NCBI RefSeq assembly: GCF_040938485.1
Contig: NW_027271016.1
Location: 1,908,436 to 1,972,435, forward strand
DNA: 64,000 nucleotides
Source: Diadema antillarum
Lineage: Eukaryota
Direction: 5' to 3'
The notes below the pieces were generated by a model, which saw nothing but the letters and a program-made list of their open reading frames with translations, searched no databases and was not told the origin of the DNA. The number at the start of each line of letters is the position of its first letter. Positions within the stretch are counted from its first letter, which is position 1. Position numbers and translations under genes: made by a program. This document shows, in pieces, positions 25,190 through 38,050 of this stretch.

Positions 25190-25790
25190 GTGAAATTGTA
25201 ACATTTTCACCTGGCCTTTGACCTTTTGACCTTTGACCTTATGACATGAAACTCTCTCTGGAGAAATCTTTACGCAGTAGTACATGTCTACACTAAGTTT
25301 CAAAAAAATACCTTTGGGCATTGCATAGATATGGGGGAAAATGCAACATTTTTAGCATTTGACCTTGACCTTTTGACATTTAACCTCTGCCAATTTCACT
25401 AAAAAAACTAATTGCCCCATCATACTTCATCCTTGGAACAAGTTTGGTGAAAGTTGCTTCATCCAGTTTTGAGTTATCACGTAAACAGATAAATTTTAGG
25501 ATTTGACCTTGATCTTTGACCTTTGACCTCTCTCTGATTTCACTCAGAAAACTAATCAAGTAATTGTCCCATCATACATCATCCTTGGACAAAGTTTGGT
25601 GAAATTTGCTGGATCTATTCTTGAGTTATCGCATAAACGGACACAATTTCATGATTTGACCTTGACCTTTGACCTTGGCCTTCAGCTGATTTCACCCATC
25701 GCATAAACGAATGCGGACGGATGTACGGACGGACGGACAACCCGAAAACATAATGCCTCCGGCACCACTTCGTGGCAGAGGCATAAAAAA
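25190..25790 (+). repeat. Tandem repeats (~130-bp unit, about 4 units), each containing clustered TGACCT direct repeats (tttgaccttgaccttttgac / gaccttgatctttgacctttgacct). A homologous array lies inverted at about 60640..61150.
   Basis: Repeated unit ...atttgaccttgaccttttgacatttaacctct...aattgccccatcatacttcatccttggaacaagtttggtgaaa...gttatcacgtaaacag... Adjacent shared flank gtcgctatggcaactggtatgcctccgccataatgcat (25090..25130) matches the reverse complement of 61310..61345. Confidence 0.7.
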
Positions 25791-28700
25791 ATAATTTTGC
25801 ATCCAAAGATTACAGTTCAAAACTTGTTGAATATATATTCAATGCAGTGGTGTTGCAATAATGTTAGCTCCAGGAAGGAAGTTTTACTTCTCCTGGCAAG
25901 CTGCTCATGTCAGCTCAGAGTCAGTTATTCCACAAAAGTTGAAGGAAAGAAAGAAAGAAAGCAAGAGAAGGACAGAGAGGGAGGGATACAGAGAGAGGAA
26001 AGTGAAAGAGAGGAAGGGATGAAGAGACTCCACTTTTGTGTATGTATGGTTTCTTTGACTTAAAGGCAATCGCTCGTCGCAGGCGATTCGCAGCTCAGTA
26101 GAAAAGCACGACAAGCTGCTCCTCCCGGTATTGTACCCCCGTACGTACCGAATGCCGAACACGACGCTACGCAGCGCACCAGCGAAAACCAGATGGGGCA
26201 TGAGAGCCGTGCGAGCCGTCCACTGTAATTTCAACATGGACGCCCGAATACCTACCGAATGGGGCCGAATGGGTGCACGCACAAAACCGCACAACAGCCA
26301 TGTGCATGAAAATCTCTCCTACGGGTCCCCGTCGCGACACAACAGTAGAGCTGTGTGGTGTACATATGTACGTATCTGGCTGCAGTCTCTGTTTATTTGC
26401 ACTATGGTGCCAATTTCAGCAATCTAAGCAATAATATTTTAAAATGTCTGAAAATATTATATAACAATATTTTAAATCATTCATATATTATGTTCTTTAA
26501 TATTTGGTATTTATAAATATGCTTTGATGAAGAAATATTAAAACTCTAAACTTCATGTATAGCAAGTTGCAATGCTCATGGCCATATGGCGGGTTGTTTT
26601 GATCTCATTGGCAATTGTCTGCTGCGTCAGCTGTGTTACAGTATGTTGGGCCGGATCGGAACATAACAAAGTTGGTATAAAGTCGTCGGTACCGGTATGT
26701 CAATATCAATAATGTGTGTGGTATGCGTGTACTGTTTCGGATTAGCCTTGGCTTTGGTTTAGTAATGAAACCTCACAATGGAGATCAAAACAGCCGTCCA
26801 ACTCGAGTAAAACGTATCTACTTGTTTGACGCTATCGACGAGTGGAGAACGCAGAGAGACGTGTTCTTAGCATGCTTAGGACAGGGAGGTTTCCTCTCAC
26901 CTCCCTGCTTAGGACAAGTAAGAGACCAGTGGCAGAGGGGGAAGCTTCAGCGTCAGCGTGCCGATGAAAAATTTGCTTTCCACTTGCTGGAGTTGCATGA
27001 ACAGTTTTGCAGGAATTTAGAATGTGCAAATTCGTGTTACGGCATGCACGGTGGAATTGTAATGCCACAGCTTACGCCAATCAAGCAACCCCAGCTGACC
27101 AAGTCAACAACTTCAAGGAATCCAGATCCAGATGATGTGTAAGTAACGTTAGAAGTCTATTACATGAATCAATGATTGAAGTGGAATGACTTTTTCTAAT
27201 ATATCTTTAACTGCTAGGGCCTTTGCGTTTCATCGACAAGTAGGCCTATTTTTCTATGTATAATTCCGCGAAAAACTTCTCTAAGTTCTCATTTATGTCA
27301 AATTATGATAACGCCGTAATCGAAATGACATTTGCTGGGTCAGTTTATCGCTTCTTAAAAACTGACCCAGCAGTAGGCAGCAAATGTCATTAGTCAGGGA
27401 ATCGCAAGTAGTGGTAAGATTTTTGTCATCACAGTATTGAGAATTTAAAGTATTTCATGTGCAAATGTAGAATCTAGATAGATACAGAGAGGTCACTTTC
27501 CTGAGCAGCTAGCGTCAACAATCCAGGTTAAATTTGCATAGCCAGATTTCATGGCTACGATTCAAATACAGTTTGTCCCCATTGATTTAACTGTATAGCA
27601 AAGTCTCCTCTTTCATATTTAGGGGCCCTACATTTTAAGTTTGGTTAAGGAATTTTGATAAAGATTGTAATTTTCATAAGCTTGGCAAAAGTTTCAGGCA
27701 TCTATGTTGCATTTATAGTCAAACTTCCAATGCATTTGGTCCAATAATTTGAAACCAAATTCAAGTGATCCAGTGAAGTGTACATCTTTTCATGTGAATT
27801 TCTACAAGTATGTTGAAATGTAAATTCTGAAGAAAAAAAAATTGATCCTTTACAGTTGAAATTCGTTAAAGTTTGGTTACACCGACAGTGTCAGGTCAGT
27901 GGTAGTAACTACAGAGTTACAGTAGTGTACGTACAATACCCTTGTACGTGAAAGTTACAGTTTTATTTACCTTCACATCTTCATATAGGAGTGTCTAATA
28001 GGGATGTTGATTGGTGTGGAAGTTGTTGATGAACAACAGTTCATAAGAATCCATTGTTTTAATTCTAATACAGATATTGGTCATATGAACCTATCAGTTT
28101 GTAACATGCTAATATGTACAGGTATGAGCTTCATCAAGTACGATTAATTGGTATCCGTGGCACATCCCTTATTTGTTGATCAAAGGTACGCCTCTGATTG
28201 GTATTTTAATCAGTGTTTGGTAGAAAGCTAACCCATTACAATGGCTTTGCGATGTTACACTGAGTTGACTATGGACAAAGGTCTACTGTCCGCGATTTTC
28301 ATTAATTTGTAGGGCATTTTTCACACATAACCTCAAATACTGATACCTGTGATAGGTTTATTTATAATGGTTATCCTTCACACTGTTTGTTGCTAGACAA
28401 TAGTGTTCTGTTTGTTTGTGTAAGAGGGAGATAGACAATAATTTCTTTATGCTCCTGTCTGAAGAAGGCATTACATCTTATTTGTCATGTACTTATCTAT
28501 GAGTTTTAATGTTCACTTTGTGTGTGTGTGTGTCTTTTTTTTAAAGATTATTCACACCAGGCTAAGCTGACAGAACTATAACTGTGAGTTTACAAACTGT
28601 ACCTAGTCAAATGAAAGGGTTTCGGCATTGCTTCTTGCATATAGTATATTCCAGGCAGGTGATACAACGCTCACCTTCTTCATATCAGTTAGTAAAACAA

Positions 28701-29758
28701 TGAAGAGTGCAAAAATACTGCATAAATGTGCAGTGCAACTGTGGCCGTTGGCCGTTGGCCCTGCACGGGCACAGTCGCTTCCCCGTCCTGAATTTATGTA
28801 CACACGCCAGGGCAAGTACATGATACAGGCAGGGTCTCCGACCCAATCGTCCGCGTTCAGAATAGACAACTCGGCGGTAATATCCGCTACCCATGACGAT
28901 GTGTCATCGTCCATGATGGCCACCCTATCTATTATAATGTGGTCTGCACTCACTAATCTGATCTGATCTGATGATTACAGTATAGTTGACGAGTGACGAC
29001 GATCGACGATGCGATGAAGAGAATGCGTAGTCGTACGAAGTATACGCAGCTAGCTACTAGCTCATGCGAACATCACTCACATTACACAAAACGTACTGTC
29101 CCGCGCTCAGCAAGCGATCGCGAGCAATCGAGATACTATAGCGCGATACATTGCTTTAGGGATGTCTTGCGCACACACATATTTCGCTTCGTAGCAACTT
29201 CGGAAGCGAGTTTACGTGCTGCCGCCCGCGGCTGAAATATGTCCATGTATCCTCGCGACTGGGTGTCTTTAATTATTCATATGAATATCTTTTGAAGTGT
29301 CTATTTTGTCAGGACCCCATGGCAGAATGGCAGTATCATTGTTGATTCAGCTGAATGGGCAATTCCTCTGTATTCATGTATACTGTAAAAGTGGAAATTT
29401 TCACGCATTTCGCGCAACCAGAAACTAGCGTGAAAATAAAAGCACGCGAATATTTTTGCTTGCTATATGTTCCTGTGTGTGATGTCTTTATTCCGCAGAA
29501 TTAAAAACACGCGAATCTCTTCTTATCCAGCCAAGCGCGAAAAATTAGTCGCGCGAAAATATCCACTTTCACAGTATTTTGTTCTCTTTTCATACAATGC
29601 CTTTGCACATATTCTATCTCAGGATTATTTGTTTGTTTGTTTGTTTGTTTGTTTGTTTATACTACTATTCTTTGTATTACTCTGCTTTCCATTTATGGAA
29701 AATGGAAATTACTAAATAGTAATAATGATAAAAAAACAAAACAAAACTTTTGTCTTAC

Positions 29759-29886
29759 CTGGCCTGACAGCAGGTCATGATCATCTCTGGGCTGCTCTTG
29801 ATGATCTCGAGGACGACCAGGAGTGCCTTGGCACGGATGAGGACAGACGGGCTCTCCACCAGCTTCATAATGTGGAGACAGAACTC
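29759..29886 (-). CDS. ULK4: ULK4 exon 16.
   Basis: EFCLHIMKLVESPSVLIRAKALLVVLEIIKSSPEMIMTCCQA(R) (human: FVSTIIRLLDSPSTCIRAKAFLVLLYIL...LLSCQAR). Acceptor cacacag|, donor ag|gtaaga. Confidence 0.85.
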
Positions 29887-30780
29887 CTGTGTGTGTGAGA
29901 CAGGGAAAGGTGGTATTCCTGGTGTCTTGAGAATTCATGTGAACTAACTGCAGTAGGCTCCTTTAGGGATTCTTCACTTTACTGTGCAAACTCTGGACAA
30001 ATTTTGCAAATGGTAGTATGCTCTTCTGTACAATGTGCACAGGAAACCTCAATTATGTACTCAAAATGTACTCAAATGCAACCCCCCCCCCTCCAAAAAA
30101 AAGAAAAAGTTGACACAAACTTCAAAGGGACCACATAATCTTTACTGAAAAGTGTGGCAAGAACTCTATAGAATTTGCATGTGTGTGTCAATTTGATTAA
30201 TAAACTGATGTGTCACAAAGGTTACATCACATTTGAGCATACATAAAGTTATAAGACAAAGGAACAATTTTGCATGTGTTTTCCACGTAGGTCTCAGAAT
30301 TAAGCATTTCACAAATTCATATGTACATGAGTAATTGTCTTTAATGCCGATTCTCATACATGCATCGTTTGTTCTCCCGACAGTACGTGTGGCCCAATCT
30401 TGATCATCAAAACGCACAACATAGAGCAGCCCCTAGTGAAAACTCAACACCTTTGTCATCACAAAGAATAAAGAGCAAGCCAAAACAGGAATTTTATCCA
30501 AAGAAGGGGCTTGAAATATGCAGTACCACTTGTGGACTCAACACTAAAACCAAGACACAAAGTCAGCTCTGAGTGTCTTGTACGGATATGATGCAATATT
30601 ACACTGTCTCTACTTCTCTATCTCTGTGCATGTGAACATGAATGCATTTTTCTGTAGCTTAACACTCTGTGTGCTCTGAGTGCTGATTGGCACAGAAGAC
30701 CCAAAAGTATTGGACACACCGTCAAAAGTCCCCAGCACAGACAGGGTTAAACCATTGCGGAAGGAATTTGTTCATTTTAC

Positions 30781-30963
30781 CCTGTCCTGAGTGATGCGCT
30801 GAATGTGCGAGCCTTCGGTCAAGAGGTGGGCAAACATGGTGACTAGGGCCTGCAGGACACGGCTGATGTTGACCGCAAGCCCCTCCAGGACCTTGGGCAG
30901 GCCCACCTTGTCGATGATGCTCTGGAAGATGGTAACGGAATGCCGGCAGATTCTCGACAGAGC
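30781..30963 (-). CDS. ULK4: ULK4 exon 15.
   Basis: ALSRICRHSVTIFQSIIDKVGLPKVLEGLAVNISRVLQALVTMFAHLLTEGSHIQRITQDR (human: ALCRITRHSPTAFQNVIEKVGL...LQRLIQEK). Donor agg|gtaaaa. Confidence 0.85.
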
Positions 30964-31537
30964 CTGTCAAGTTTTAAACAAAAAAGAGAGAACAGTTGGT
31001 GTCTCAATGTCCGTAGAGTCTCAATTTCAGTTTTATCTATAGTGTGAACTAGATACAAATCCAAGCCTTCATTTGTCTTCATCTAGGTGCCAACATCTTA
31101 TTTCCTGTGACGGCATCATTTCATGATTTCTCCTGTATGAGCAACACCTACAGGTACCCATTCTCAAATATTCTACTCATAGTCTGCTTCTCAAAAATTC
31201 CCTTTGCATACTATATTGTTTACAGTCATAGCCTAGCTAAGAAAAAATTATGGTAACACTACATATGCAGTTGTAGTACATGTAGTTGTCCTCTGGGCAA
31301 CCTACTCCACTAGAAAAAAGTAAATATTTGTACAGTGCAAACAAAATTATCGCGCTTAATGAAAGTACACCCCTCTCAACAATGTATAAAAATGCTCTAA
31401 TAACACAAAAGATTCACAATCTTTCATGTCAAGAAGATTCAAATGAGATCATATTGACTTTCTGAATGTCTCCAAAGACAAAATAGATTGATAAATTGTC
31501 ACTCTGTGTGTAAATTAAGAGGCAGGAAACCACTCAC

Positions 31538-31699
31538 CGAGATGGAGCAGATCTTGGGAGTGTCCGCCATGGAGTGAGTGAAGAGATGCCAGAGCTGGTG
31601 TCCGACCTCCCCGGTGGCCAGCTTCTCACCATGGGCACTGTTTGTGGCTGCCACGTTCTCCACCACCTTGGCAGCAAAGTGCTGAACAAAGGCATCCTC
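31538..31699 (-). CDS. ULK4: ULK4 exon 14.
   Basis: EDAFVQHFAAKVVENVAATNSAHGEKLATGEVGHQLWHLFTHSMADTPKICSIS (human: EERVVNHMAAKIIENVCTTFS...GEIGPILWYLFRHSTADS...). Acceptor cccag|, donor tcg|gtgagt. Confidence 0.85.
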
Positions 31700-32148
31700 C
31701 TGGGTAACAAAAAAATGATAAGAAGATCATTTCTCCACAAATGCTGCATAGTAAATTCTACATGAGATACTCCCTACATACTGTGTTAAACTTCAACTTG
31801 TACTCATCAGTGATGACTCAGTTCAGTAAATCATGTACTTTCACTTTGCACAATGTCTTCGCCCATTTGACGTACTTTCACCGAGTACTTAACCAACTGC
31901 TCACTAACTTGTGCATAATTTGCAATTTGCACAAAAAGCCCCCAAATTAGATAATACTTCTTGCGTTGAACTGCAAAAATGTCAGTTGCTTTGAATGCCT
32001 TCATATACACAATAATTATATTGGATAAGCTGACTAAACTGCTTTGGGATTCAACAAACACCTGCTTTAGCATGGTTGTACTTTACCATCATGTTGGGTA
32101 CACACAAATGAAAATGAGAATAGATAATTGTGCAAATAATTTGCTCAC

Positions 32149-32334
32149 CCCTTCTCGCAGACAGCGCGATATCATGGTGTAGGTGAGGGTGGGCACCACG
32201 GTCGGCTCCGATGTTCCATCCTGGTCGTGGGTGGCCGCCAGGAAGAGTAGTTCACCAACTGCGGGGACAACGCTCTGCTTCAGCTTGGAGTTGCGGTTGT
32301 TGTCCCTGAGGACCTCTGTTAGAGCTGTGATCAC
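32149..32334 (-). CDS. ULK4: ULK4 exon 13 (HEAT/ARM region).
   Basis: VITALTEVLRDNNRNSKLKQSVVPAVGELLFLAATHDQDG...TYTMISRCLREG (human: AIVLLTELIRENFRNSKLKQCLLPTLGELIYLVATQ...VLMRCLREG). Anchored to ORF 32089..32358(-). Confidence 0.9.
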
Positions 32335-33149
32335 CTGTGGTAGAAAAAGAAAAACCATACACCCTTACATACATGCACACAGAATCATTATAATTAACTA
32401 TAATATATATATGAATATACTTTGCCTTGAGAGTTTCTGGTTAAAACTATCAGCACTGAGGACCAAAGTGTTAACAAGAAGCTCGCAATTACGCAGAGTA
32501 CACTGTACATTTGCTTTATATTTTGGATTTAAAAAAAAATTAAATAAAAGAAGGAAAAAGATGAGGTAAGAAGTCACACGGCAAATGCAGTATAGTGGAG
32601 GGATCCTACAGTGATGATACGAAGCAGGGAGCAATACCACAATTGCTTGTGACATTTCACAAAGTGATGGTATAAAGCAGCATGTGATGCCAGAACTGCT
32701 TTGTGACATCTTTTCACAAATAGTGTACTATTTGAAAATATATGTCTGTTAATGTAGGTATCTGTGTTAGAAAGGTGTCACTCATATGCTACTAACATCT
32801 ACTGAAATCAGAGGCTAACTATTCCATGGTCTATTCATCATGAACACCAGTCACATACCCATTATTTTTCATAACAAAGTGTCCTTGAAAGGATTTTGCT
32901 CACATGAAAATATGAAGACTGCTAAAAGCATTCGTTTGTACATGAATTCCCTTATCTAAGTGCTTGAAAAAAGAAAGAAAGCATCCTGACAATATGACAC
33001 TATGATTTATGAGCAGTCACACCCAAGTTTGCTGGTTTTTCTTTGTCAGATGCATGTTATTTCATAACTTATGTGTATTCCTGACATAAACAACACAAAC
33101 AACAAATGAAAATAGCCCAAATTTGAGGAGAAACCAACACATTCGCTAC

Positions 33150-33228
33150 CTCAGTAAATGGCAGGTCTTGAGGAAGTTCGTCCAGGCTCTGCGCCATCAG
33201 TCCCAATACTCTGGCAGAGCGGCATCGG
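33150..33228 (-). CDS. ULK4: ULK4 exon 12.
   Basis: (I)RCRSARVLGLMAQSLDELPQDLPFTE (human: IRAKVAHVIGLLASHTAELQENTPVVE). Acceptor gtttgcag|, donor gag|gtagcg. Confidence 0.7.
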
Positions 33229-34159
33229 CTGCAAACAAACGGACACTCGAAAAGTGATTTTATGTACGTGATAACCTACAAATGTACATGTACAAAGTAA
33301 AATCTTATGAGTTCAATGGCAAAAACTTGACTGAAATTGGATGAAAAATACGGAAGTTGTGAAATTTTGAAGAATGATAAAAATTCAATGTCCCCCATCC
33401 CCGGCCTGATTAGGGTTTAAATATGTATATGGCAAACAGAGCGCACAGAGGTATTAAGCCACAGTTAAAGCTGTATGGTTCTAAAAGCGCCAATCATCTT
33501 TTCCTTCATGGCTTCTTGGTTCTGCAGATGTAGTTTGCAGGATGGCAAGTGGTCTTATTTCACAACGAAAAAATGTTGAATGACGTGTTGTTTCATTACT
33601 AAACTTTCCTTTCTTTCTTCTCTCTCCCTCTCCCCCGTCTCTTCTGATGGGATATGACAAGACTATGCTTGATATCTACCTGTTTATGTACTAAATATAA
33701 ATTAATCACTGCTATCAGAATACTAGACTTGAAATGGGCAAGCCAATTGTGAGCAGGGCTGAGGCACACGCACACACACACACATTACAAACTCGAAGGA
33801 TGTAAATCAACTTGGGGATAAATGCAAGGGATCTCTGAAGTGATGTAGCTTTTTAAACATGTTATAAATGCAAACAAAGGGAAAACTGACCAGACTGACT
33901 GTTTCCAAAGTGGAACATTTTTCTCTGTCTTTCCAATAATCTTTATTTTCTTTCCACTTTTATTTCTTCTTTTTCGAATCTACTATATTTCTCCTCCATG
34001 GCTACGTAGAAATGGTCCGGGTTTATAGGCCCACCATCTGAGTATGAAAATACCGCGGGTAGGCATCTGGCAAGATACATCAGTTCATAAGAAGAAATCA
34101 ATACTTTAAAAAACTCTGAAATCTCAGAGTGTGCCACATTACATCCAAACAATGCTCAC

Positions 34160-34206
34160 ATTTCAAGTGGCTGAGATGGTTTCAGGAGCTGTAGCAGGCA
34201 CGGTAT
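34160..34206 (-). CDS. ULK4: ULK4 exon 11 (a small 47-nt exon).
   Basis: IPCLLQLLKPSQPLE(I) (human: SPLFQLLIQHLRIAPNWD). Acceptor ttggcag|, donor at|gtgagc. Needed to keep phase between exons 10 and 12. Confidence 0.6.
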
Positions 34207-34889
34207 CTGCCAAAGAGAAGAAAGACAAATGTAACATGGATGAACAAGTGTAACACGTGACAACAGTTGTAAGTTGTGGAAAGAAGTAACACGGTGTTAC
34301 CTCATCACAAATTTTAAGGAATACCTGGTGTTACCTCATCACAAATTTTAAGGAATACCCTTTTTCATCTAAACCCACAATACAGTTCACCTGTACTGAA
34401 TATCAATTGAAAATATCACTTGAAAATCAAATATCAGACTGGATCTACAGTAAGATTCTATAAAAGGAAGTGGACTACACAAAAATTAACTAATTCTTTT
34501 GCAGCAATGGGTCTAGTGATTGGTGACATATCTTAATGTAGCATATGTTCACCACACAAGAAGTGTGGTTAGAATTTGACTTAAAACTTTGAGTGAAAAT
34601 GAAACACAAAATAATATCCCTTATGGCACGAAGAGCAATAGTTGCAGCTTTTACACTAACATTCGTATGTAAAGCGCTCCAACAACCCTGATATCAGTGT
34701 ATGTTTCTGCGAAGGTCACCTCAAAGATGGTCTTGCCTTACAAAAGGTCAACATAAAAATCCTAGAGGCAACATCTAAAAGATTAAAGTCCCATGAATAT
34801 GATCAGCCAATCAGTTAAGTATGCATACCATGTATCCTAGTAAGGCTTACATCATGGCACTTGCATACCTACAAGCTCCTAATGCTTCA

Positions 34890-35110
34890 CACACACAAAC
34901 ACTATTGGCAAGAATTTTTGGCATGGAAGGAGGGAGATGAAGAAGGAAACTGAAAGAAGAAAGATACAAAGAAGAAGATGATGATGATAAAGAAGAACCA
35001 AGAGAAGAAGATAAAGAGAAGAATAATAGGAAGAGGAGAAAGAAGAAGCGAGAGAATAAAATGAGGAAGATGAAGAGAAGGAAGAAGAAGAAGAGAAAGA
35101 AGAAGAGGAG
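34890..35110 (+). repeat. ~220-bp homopurine (GA-rich) tract in a ULK4 intron, about 150 bp from exon 10.
   Basis: ggaaggagggagatgaagaaggaaactgaaagaagaaagatacaaagaagaagatgatg...gaagaagaagaagagaaagaagaagaggag. The + strand is almost pure purine. Confidence 0.85.
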
Positions 35111-35253
35111 TAAAGAAAGGAGAAGACAGCCAATTTCCAAATTATTCAACTATTGTATATGCATGGCATGGAAAGATGGCAAAAGAAAGTTACTTACTAT
35201 GCATGATCAATACCGACAAATAAGCTGAATGATTCTCCACTACTAACACCTAC

Positions 35254-35502
35254 CAGCTTGGAGGTTGCCACAGCCCGTGCGAGGGCGCCGTTGCTGCAGA
35301 TCGTGCCCACGTAGTTCAGCAGCTGCAGCTTGGTGCGCTGGGCGCCGGCCGACTTGTCCCCGCCCTTGCTGCCGAGAGAGTCGCCCACGTTGCCAAAAAA
35401 GATCTGGACGGCAGATTCACTCATCTTGTGCAGCTTCTCCATACTGTGCACCGGGATGCCCAGGGTTCGGGTGTCAAACTTGAGTGAGGCTGGCTTCTGG
35501 AT
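35254..35502 (-). CDS. ULK4: ULK4 exon 10.
   Basis: IQKPASLKFDTRTLGIPVHSMEKLHKMSES...NYVGTICSNGALARAVATSKL. Acceptor ttggcag|, donor ctg|gtaggt. 249 nt, phase 0 at both ends. Confidence 0.8.
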
Positions 35503-36522
35503 CTGCCAACCGGTATAAGGGTGAAAGCATCTTTAAAATGCGGTAGCTCTTTCACAGTTATATCCAGGGTCATCATTCCTTATGACATATCATCATTGTC
35601 ATCATTCCTTATAACCTAAACTACCCAAGGATGGAAAAGAGACATATAGCAATATTTCACAACTGATATGCAGAATAGAGGAACCAATGAATGATTCTAT
35701 GTCTGACTGGAAGAGGGAGCCATACCAAGCAAAGATGGTGTTACCAGAAATCAAATCACTTTTTGTTTGGTTGTTTTGTTTTGACATTTGACTCTTGAAA
35801 TAAAATTGATAGGTTAGTATCAAAGCAAAAAAAAAAAAATAATAATACATCACGGCATGGGAAAGGTATAATCCACCTCACGAAAAAAAAAAAGAGACAG
35901 ATATTCAAAAATTAAATATCCTACGAGCTGATGTGTTACCTCCGTAAGATACCAAACTACAATGTACTACTCTGGTATTTGGCTGATATCCAGCTAAATT
36001 TGACCACTATGCAAGTTTTTCATGGTTACTCTGGTGCAATAATCCAACCATTTGTAACAAAGGCCCTTGGGATAATCTAATCAGGACTAATAGGATTAGA
36101 GGATTCAATCCCAGGCTGGTTTCCACCTCTCTCACCTGGTCTCTTAAGATAAGGTCAGACATCAGTCCTTACTTATGGAGGAGAGAAATAACACAGATCA
36201 TCTATTCATTCATCCTGATTCAAAATCATTCCTTCCTTCAAAATATTGGCTCCATGACCATTAAACTCTTCTATAATCTATGCAGGCATGCCAACCTTGT
36301 AAACACCAGTGCAGTATTCTGAGGGTTCTAAAGGCATATTTTTGGTGGAACTACAAAACTGCATTTTTACCTTTCCTACCATAGACATGGGTAATAATAC
36401 AATTTAGGAAAAACATTATTTTCCGTGAATCCTTGCAGTATTTTTGGCAAAAGACCAGAACAAAATACTGCAAAAAAAGTAACTGCTGGCATCTTTGACA
36501 TCGGTCCTGGAAAGACACCCAC

Positions 36523-36778
36523 CTTTGGGTTGTCGACGATCGGACTGACCCCAAGGTCCCACTGGGTGAAGATGGTCACGTCCACATCCAGCGAGTCCTC
36601 GTGGGAGATCTTCCTCTCCTGCTGGTAGCGGGTCTGGCTCCGGATCCCACCGCCGGTGCCACGCCCACCGCCATCACTCTTCTTCCGCTTTCCCGCCGTC
36701 TTCTTCTTCATGGAGGATGGTGGCAGGTCCTCGATGGGGTCCTCGGGGGGTACCGCTGGAGACGTCCTTGGACGGGAG
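36523..36778 (-). CDS. ULK4: ULK4 exon 9.
   Basis: SRPRTSPAVPPEDPIEDLPPSSMKKKTAGKRKKSDGGGRGTGGG...EDSLDVDVTIFTQWDLGVSPIVDNPK (human: ...IYTDSDLVVTPIIDNPK). Acceptor ttttcag|, donor aag|gtgggt. Confidence 0.8.
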
Positions 36779-37229
36779 CTGAAAATGTCAATTTCAATTT
36801 AATTTCAATTTCAATTCATTTTCATATTTCTCGAAAAAATACATCAAATATAACAAACTTACATTGTAAATGATACATGATATCCAGCTTGGAGGAGAAT
36901 ATTGCAAACATATAGAACATAGTGGTCGATCTAGATTCCAAATACTGCAAAATAGTTAGAATAAACAGGTGAAATGAAAAACTTGTCTAGCTCCTCATTA
37001 AAGAAAGATAAAAGAAAGAAAATTAGTGAAATCGGATACATTAAACGACAGGCTCATTCAGTCAGTCTGTATTTATTCATCTCATCACAATGCGCTAAGG
37101 ACAAGAAGGGTGCTAGTACTGAACAAAGTCTATGACATTAGTGCCTTTCTGCTTCTCAGCTCGATGCAAGACATTACATTCTTCTCTATCTCTTCCTGTG
37201 TCAGATCAGTGGGGAAACTCAATCTGTAC

Positions 37230-37387
37230 CTTAATAAGAACTGCGGCTCTTTTCTAGCTGCATCCGGCGAGCTCTGAGGCCTCGACTCTGGCCTGTTCGA
37301 GTGGAGCGAAGTCCTCATCAGGTGGTCTGGAATCGGGGCAGATGACACTGGTCTTCCTTCTGTGGACAACGTCACCAGGGTCACATT
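37230..37387 (-). CDS. ULK4: ULK4 exon 8 (Ser/Pro-rich linker).
   Basis: NVTLVTLSTEGRPVSSAPIPDHLMRTSLHSNRPESRPQSSPDAARKEPQFLL. Acceptor cacag|, donor ag|gtacag. Phase matches exon 9. Confidence 0.7.
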
Positions 37388-37739
37388 CTGTGTGGAACCC
37401 GATACAGGAGTATATATATGATTAGCTTCATCCATCCAAGTAAAAATTGTAAAGTATTATGCATGGTTACCATGGCAACACTATGTCTGGCAAACACAAA
37501 AATCAGGTCTTCCACATCTATACCTCAATGTCATAATGTCCACCAAATTTGATTTCAACTGCTTCAAAATTGTTGGGGTAGCTCTCTCTGCAGTTACCAT
37601 GGCAATACCTTGTCGGGTACAAACCACAAAGAGTGTCTTTCATAACTACACCTATAGATCATTATATTTATCAAATTTGAAGTGAATTGTTTTAAGCCAT
37701 TATTTACCCCTTTAGATGAAACAAAAACCCAGGTTTAGT

Positions 37740-38050
37740 GCTTCAAAATGGTTCTAAAATGTGAGTTAGGGATAGAAACAACCAATGTAAAAACTTGAAT
37801 TAGTATATTTAATGTTAAGTATTGTTAAATATACAGAAAGTGGACAAATGTTTTTAGACTAAACTGTCTACAGTTATGGATTAGTGAGAAAAACAGTGAT
37901 ATCTCCTTATATTTTAGGCTTTATTGCAAAATGTTTATTTGGTACAATGTTTTGTGATACACCTGATCTACACATATGCATCAAATGTGATATCTTGAAC
38001 ACTTTTTAAATCACTGCTCCCCATGGTAAACAGTACCTTTAAATACTGTG
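37740..38050 (+). repeat. Copy B (5' part) of the same interspersed repeat family, flanked on both sides by inverted copies of the ~120-bp satellite, in the ULK4 intron between exons 7 and 8.
   Basis: Homologous to 4110..4470. Flanking 37440..37680 and 38050..38190 are reverse-complement copies of the 6480..7030 satellite unit. Confidence 0.7.

Noticed and set aside
34847-35149. ORFs encoding Ser/Leu/Phe-rich peptides on the - strand.
   Set aside because: They read through the homopurine/homopyrimidine tract and are low-complexity artefacts.
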